Source: a virus (lineage: Duplodnaviria; Caudoviricetes). From it: 39,722 nt of DNA. The notes under the pieces are model-generated. The model did no database searches, had not been told where the DNA came from, and saw only the letters and a list, made by a program, of their open reading frames with translations. Below, in pieces: positions 36,501 to 39,722 of the stretch (the first letter of the stretch is position 1; each line of letters starts with the position of its first letter). A program made the translations under genes and the position numbers. The DNA lies in the IMG/VR virus record IMGVR_UViG_3300030012_002406, positions 1 through 39,722 of that record. The stretch is one strand, 5' to 3'.

Positions 36501-38732
36501 ATATCATGGACAGTAAGTTATGATCCAAAAGCTAAAGCATGGATATCATTTCATGATTGGCATCCAGAATTAGTTTTACCTAGTCTAAATCATTTTTTAA
36601 CTACTAAAAAAAGAAATGCAAAAGGTCCATTATGTCCACCAGGATATACTTTTAATCCAAATAATCAAAAATGTGAGCAACGTATAGGTGGTGAATTTTC
36701 TGCTACTATAAATATAGATAATTTACCAGGTAACTTTAGCGGTGGTGAAAGTGCTCAACTTGAATCACCCTATGATATTGTTTTTGCACTAGATGCATCA
36801 GAGAGTACTAATACATTAGAAGTTTGGGAGCCACAATTACGGTTTATAGATAATTTTGTACAAACTTTACAAACTGCAATAAGTAGTGGTTTAGTTCAAA
36901 TTGCAATATATCAATGGGCAACAGATCCAATAGCAAATAGAAATATTACAACTAATCCAAATGAAAAAGTAAATCTATATTTAACAAATGATTATAATGC
37001 TATAAGAAACTATATAGGTGTTCTGGCTGGTGGTACGCCTTTACAACAACAAGTTGATAATGGTTTTACAAACTATATTGCAGTGTGGGATGGTATGAGA
37101 AAATATCTTGATGATCCATATGGATATCCTGATTCTTCTACTCCTAATATACAAGGTAACTCTCATTCTGGAAGTAGGTTTGATAATCCTAATTTAAAAA
37201 GACTTGGTATAGTTTTAACGGATAATTTTGAAACCGAAGTTACTTATGAAATGCAAAATTTATTTAGTGGTACTATATTTGATACGCAACCTCCAGAGGA
37301 TACATATGGTGATAATCCAGGATTAGATGGTGGTAAAGTTTGGGATCAATTATATTGGAGTACAGGTGATTTAGGTTTACATAAAGCATATGGGGAGTAT
37401 TCAAATATTGGTTGTGGAAATAATCCAAATTTAAACATAGAAGCTCAAACTAGTAATCTTGGCCAATTTATAGCTCGTGTACACAATACACCTTTAGGTA
37501 CAGATCCTAATACTGGTCAGCCATATCCTGCAGTTACTTTTCCTAATAACTGTTATGAGGCTACAGGACAAAGTCATATGAATATAGATGTTGTAGGTAT
37601 AAAAGCAAGTCCAGCAGCTGATGCAAATTATCAACAAGGTGTATTTATATTTCAAAAAGTTTATTGGGAGGCTGGTCAATGGAATTGGGATCCTGCATGG
37701 ATTCTTGATGATTCATTAGGTGCAAATGCATCTCCAAGGACTTCTTATAATGTTACTTCAAATAATTTTGAACAACCTGGTATTGATATTGCTAATAGTT
37801 TAATTACATCAACACCTGAAAATCCTGCTATATGTAATTGTGATAACTATCCAGGCACTAGTATGGTATTTTTAGATAATAACGGTAACTATACATTACC
37901 TGAAGGAGACTGTGAGACAGGTAGTTTTGTATGTAGAAGTATAAGTTGTTTTTGTGATACTTCATTTCTTGATCAAACAATACCTGTTATTGAGAGTGGT
38001 GATTGTCCTGATTTTTATCAATCAGGTGATCCAGAGTATTTAGAAGAGTTTTATGCAAGTGGTTTAGGTAGAACTTGTTCTTATGGAGATCTATGTCAAA
38101 TTGAGCCAAGTTATGAACGAGGTAGTATATGGAAACATAATGTGCGTTGTGATTTATTTGCAAATTATTATGATGAAAATTATCCTTGGGAGATAGAATG
38201 GGTTGAAGCAATAGGGCAACAAGTAAATACTGTAAGAAGTATAGAGTATCAATTAGAAAGTTTTAGATATAAAGGTAATTTAGAAAACAAATGTGGGGAT
38301 AGATTTCATGATCTTGATTTTAATTTTGATCAAGCAATTATACATAATACTGAACAAGTTTCTGGACTATTAAATTTAGATTTAACTCCTAAAAATGATG
38401 TTCCATTAATAACACAATATCCAATAGTAAGTGCTAATGAAATAAGAATACTATATAGTAAAGAGGAACAAAGATTTAGATTTAATCAATTTTGGGATAT
38501 CACATATGATAGAGGAGAATTTACTAATGCTTCTGAATCAATATTTATAACACAATTAAATGGTTATATAAGAGATTTAAATGAAGCAAATTTAAATTAT
38601 GAAAAGAATCAATTACAAAGAAAGAAATTTAGACACTATTATAATAAAGTATTATTAAGAAGAAAAGTTTCTAGTGATAGAAAGATGATATTAAAATTAG
38701 CAAATACAAAAGTAAATTATAGTTTTAGGTAA
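30504..38732 (+). CDS. Tail stabilisation / muzzle protein (Tstab-like) with large insertions including two vWA domains
   Basis: N-terminal FIKGMTKD...HARN...GNEPAN and YWDDGLNPSR; FMRDEVYSFFIRW; C-terminal WTVSYDP...WISFHDW; synteny after Ttub. Confidence 0.8.
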   Translation: MAKQRNRKTQGRGQRRRKTNMQSLGQIDTDVFIKGMTKDPNAALVGKNNWTHARNAINNSSEGDVGAIGNEPANLFCAKISYTVIGTIKLYGDKWVIYSTDDTYSEIGIFDDSQCTYETLVNDGAGGTDCPPDLCLNFKKQYLITGASKENFDCTWQVYWDDGLNPSRTMNITDIPWKTRRVEDDDCVQFIPIEPLEIDCDKLRLAPLMKTPTVILSSSDNGGQLRNGSYQAFIAYTINEQQIGDYIGVSNIQSLWDHEDLAGSLNIELRNLDTGGIFEEFKLVILSNNQNEVVAKHFGFYSTETKHIGIDFIDRSLKSVPIEFLPLRNPVYEKSDKMYVVNDYLIRQGPYERFDFNYQPLANQIETIWTSTKFPIDYYRKGGNKPSFMRDEVYSFFIRWVYNTGEKSSSYHIPGRAPEDYSPPMAPDVRSLTPAGDPNCLDVEEKVFQSYNTARYANDGPWDYSPPFRTEDGGLIFKSGYMAYWESTERYPNDPVRYGDLCGKPIRHHKFPDEQTASDGSVARSGGLNGNNENNDCIHVLGVKFSNIPLPRMNPETFGECEDPEGEGALVPGIVGYEILVGSRKGNKSIIAKGLARNMKGYRLPPDAVGNAADASIANNVLGVMANYPFNDLGCDPFLHDPGDMPSPQIPTMAYTNMDNATPYKGMGTNPSDNVGRDWKYVYKNMFTFHSPDTSINQPFLSPYEIKSYGITEGQCIGQFKVSEKHPQQKLLTNLSAFIAIIIGVGYAIGRTRGKKQITVDYPRPMVTVNPPLVGAGISAGNAIALGINQGIQGGTETVATASSIFGAPGIGQQIAQGSNTLGFAGTTQGMVGGYQDGGVQIHYDRTNAWFADLPALLQPIYGVFAFIQQTAEGGNHIINLIYELCSFQDYAMKYNGHGLYWKTLFQYLDDGQRTCMRTRCEKARYVRNTMQNLTSTIKINNLFRPNTVALIGEGYDREDAIEGDTYHILDQGGLDDSRVTIGQLGSGFRQYPTRVFTRNIAAHYVGLKVQFENQYGQLDQIKQVPINNGEFGRGIQYIEDQLPKDGDGNPLPPDINTRLMADSLYGGDVYINRYTEKNVMPFFWDFLLGQPDGFPYDYRLRSNVMFPMYWANFIRYDLSNLARYITSFAFLDTPAKIFGAMPNGFFHLDDGSVGCLDGNNFADDFAGSDYPNSGVEIPPDGWGGDFDPGEDPGTPIYGEIEDSDEEVFLGYDTDGDDIPDVTGGPNSVGGGGMSTIENVPDGVPEGTGPTGFTSPDDDESNDRRGKSLFHVKDRYFYTHNSGIQDFFVESEINVAQRDYEDQQGKRHYDFLEYTDVNDLFHAEIIAIGNFYKYDNSLTYANFPTARISSGRIQPRDYDPFVAATCLTHYPKRLAYSLQAQKEAKKDFWRVFLPNNYKDFKNQVNVIKPISKSGAVILFPHLSPQMFQGVDTLNTDLGTKLTIGDGGLFSQPMQNLVNADLAHEYGSCESARSVINTPAGMFFISQAQGKIFQMAGKGLDNIANLGMKQWFNKYLPSQLIKQFPEMEPCANWSDNPVAGVGCQSVYDPNYDLVYFMKKDYNCISDCIDFKPCKGFVYNQSRCDGLPQIPCCPEDAIYNAQSGKCEIVSYEEANIREPEAKPTFDIMISVLESRGLYVDNGVGVIRTLLLNLVNNFAEELLETSVQIGFHSFTDFPKTELELTSDIDELNNWIDNVYFQENQSIVEPYQIPLTDTEVAALETEQIGNAGGSNPTKAFWESLEKLYVQGRPMVNKVHIQICDRYDTTALPSHFGDGYGFNSPTSAATPATPAMTNILSINPGQPGDLSFYQGENEWNISPEAIQSLPYANAETLVSSYVDLQQNDSFVEWLNTNIFNADSPYQDSNHSDYNGRLQVWNVHLEPKAGHPSAIQQDGTFPPYNEFPTIVPTQGNIDYTAAKSGPGAGQYAVGPFENSVALNIAEQIPNSVFDIPQIIECLNGCTPVQDAGGTWLCECFEQTAPLSIIDQTRPVSFEDEQYFEDISWTVSYDPKAKAWISFHDWHPELVLPSLNHFLTTKKRNAKGPLCPPGYTFNPNNQKCEQRIGGEFSATINIDNLPGNFSGGESAQLESPYDIVFALDASESTNTLEVWEPQLRFIDNFVQTLQTAISSGLVQIAIYQWATDPIANRNITTNPNEKVNLYLTNDYNAIRNYIGVLAGGTPLQQQVDNGFTNYIAVWDGMRKYLDDPYGYPDSSTPNIQGNSHSGSRFDNPNLKRLGIVLTDNFETEVTYEMQNLFSGTIFDTQPPEDTYGDNPGLDGGKVWDQLYWSTGDLGLHKAYGEYSNIGCGNNPNLNIEAQTSNLGQFIARVHNTPLGTDPNTGQPYPAVTFPNNCYEATGQSHMNIDVVGIKASPAADANYQQGVFIFQKVYWEAGQWNWDPAWILDDSLGANASPRTSYNVTSNNFEQPGIDIANSLITSTPENPAICNCDNYPGTSMVFLDNNGNYTLPEGDCETGSFVCRSISCFCDTSFLDQTIPVIESGDCPDFYQSGDPEYLEEFYASGLGRTCSYGDLCQIEPSYERGSIWKHNVRCDLFANYYDENYPWEIEWVEAIGQQVNTVRSIEYQLESFRYKGNLENKCGDRFHDLDFNFDQAIIHNTEQVSGLLNLDLTPKNDVPLITQYPIVSANEIRILYSKEEQRFRFNQFWDITYDRGEFTNASESIFITQLNGYIRDLNEANLNYEKNQLQRKKFRHYYNKVLLRRKVSSDRKMILKLANTKVNYSFR

Positions 38733-39722
38733 TGAATATAAAATTTAATAATAGACGTGGTTTACCAGGAGGACCTAATGAGGTAACTTCAAAAGGCTCT
38801 ATATCTATAGAAGGATATAAAGAAGGAAGTCCTGATTTTAATAATGACTTTAATATTATTGAGTCTAGTAATATTACTATGGAGGGTGTTCCATTTCCTG
38901 TTATGGGTACAGATAATTTAGGCAATAGTGAGATTATGATGCCTGGTGCTAATTATCAATTTCCTGGAGATCTAGTTATAGAAATACCATTAGCACAAGT
39001 AGGAGGTGCTATGGATACTGCATATGATGATCATCCATTTGAAAAGTTTGCACAATCACAAGGTATGGATGTGCAAGATGCTTTACAAATAGTATTATCA
39101 AATCCACAATCATATCCAATAGAACTTGTGCAAGCAGCTAGAGATTATCAATTAGAAGTAACTAGAAGCAATCCAGTTAATGATAAGCAAGAAGAAATGC
39201 TTTATGCAGCAGATCAAGAAAATGATTTTGAACAAGCAAAGTATGGATCTGAACTACCTAAAGCACAAGTAGGTTTTGATATAATGCAGGATTATGAAAC
39301 ACAAAAAAAGTTGAATCTTACTGATGAACAAGTAGATAAAGTAACTGGTGAAAATTTAACTACAACTCAAAAGCTAGATGCACTTCAAACAGCCTTAACA
39401 ACTACAGGGTTAGCACCTGTTTATGGAATTTTTGCAGATGTACCAAATACACTTATTTCAGCAGGTAGAGCAGCTTACTCATATCTTACAGGTGATACAG
39501 ATGCAACTACAAAACATTTAGAAAATACAGCTTTAAATGCTACTTCCGCAATACCTGGACCTCCAGGATGGACAGCAGGAGGTGTTAGTTTAGCTAAAGA
39601 TACAGCAACTTATACAGGATTAAGACAAGATGAAAGTGTAATTGGATCATTAACTAAAAATGACCCAGATAAAGAAATATATGTAGGACCTTCAGAGGAT
39701 CCGGTTGATGCAGCAATTGAAA
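38732..39722 (+). CDS. Partial putative cargo/ejection protein running off the right edge
   Basis: Hand-translated from ATG 38732 (TAATG coupling) and open to the edge: MNIKFNNRRGLPGGPNE...ITMEGVPFPVMGTDNLG...MMPGANYQFPG...LAQVGG. Its position after the muzzle matches crAss-like cargo genes. Confidence 0.75.
   Translation, partial: MNIKFNNRRGLPGGPNEVTSKGSISIEGYKEGSPDFNNDFNIIESSNITMEGVPFPVMGTDNLGNSEIMMPGANYQFPGDLVIEIPLAQVGGAMDTAYDDHPFEKFAQSQGMDVQDALQIVLSNPQSYPIELVQAARDYQLEVTRSNPVNDKQEEMLYAADQENDFEQAKYGSELPKAQVGFDIMQDYETQKKLNLTDEQVDKVTGENLTTTQKLDALQTALTTTGLAPVYGIFADVPNTLISAGRAAYSYLTGDTDATTKHLENTALNATSAIPGPPGWTAGGVSLAKDTATYTGLRQDESVIGSLTKNDPDKEIYVGPSEDPVDAAIE

Noticed and set aside
22795-38732. 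Diversity-generating retroelement targeting fibre or muzzle genes
   Set aside because: There is no reverse transcriptase in the window, and I noticed no TR/VR repeat pair differing at adenines.
1841-38925. Minus-strand and alternate-frame ORFs overlapping plus-strand genes (e.g. 1841-2176, 2710-2997, 4134-4454, 13805-14269, 20790-21095, 36117-36431)
   Set aside because: These are shadow ORFs with L/S/F-rich composition mirroring purine-rich sense genes, and they overlap better-supported genes almost entirely.
1401-39722. Stop-codon reassignment (TAG or TGA), known in some crAss-like phages
   Set aside because: Genes are full length and densely packed in the standard code. The few TAG/TGA stops (5359, 15531, 20678) sit at sensible gene ends, and no suppressor tRNA was seen.

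Overview
AT-rich segment of a crAss-like (Crassvirales-type) podovirus genome, read in the standard genetic code. The host is most likely Bacteroidota/Flavobacteriia, inferred from SD-less A-rich leaders and a TAnnTTTG-type promoter. The first ~1.2 kb is the edge of a minus-strand arm: two small ORFs and a hairpin-rich non-coding stretch, followed by a G-run-rich strand switch. The rest is one plus-strand late region. In order it carries small basic proteins, an SNase-like nuclease, a holin-like gene, an L,D-transpeptidase-fold putative lysin, HU/IHF-like and PD-(D/E)XK genes, GroES, terminase, portal, scaffold-like protein, major capsid protein, ring/hub/fibre genes, a metallophosphoesterase, a 2742-aa muzzle/tail-stabilisation protein and the start of a cargo-type protein. 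The most notable observations are: (1) a stem-loop after the fibre operon whose 19-nt loop is complementary to several late-gene leaders; (2) a recurring TTG-N20-TA(T/A)ATTA promoter-like motif that is a variant of the host promoter; (3) vWA and Cys-rich modules inserted in the muzzle and fibre proteins; (4) a shared x-x-x-G-G tag in basic and cargo proteins; (5) a pre-toxin-like helical hairpin in the cargo protein; (6) a duplicated leader in front of the capsid gene and its upstream neighbour. All functional calls come from motif recognition and synteny by eye; no database search was run.
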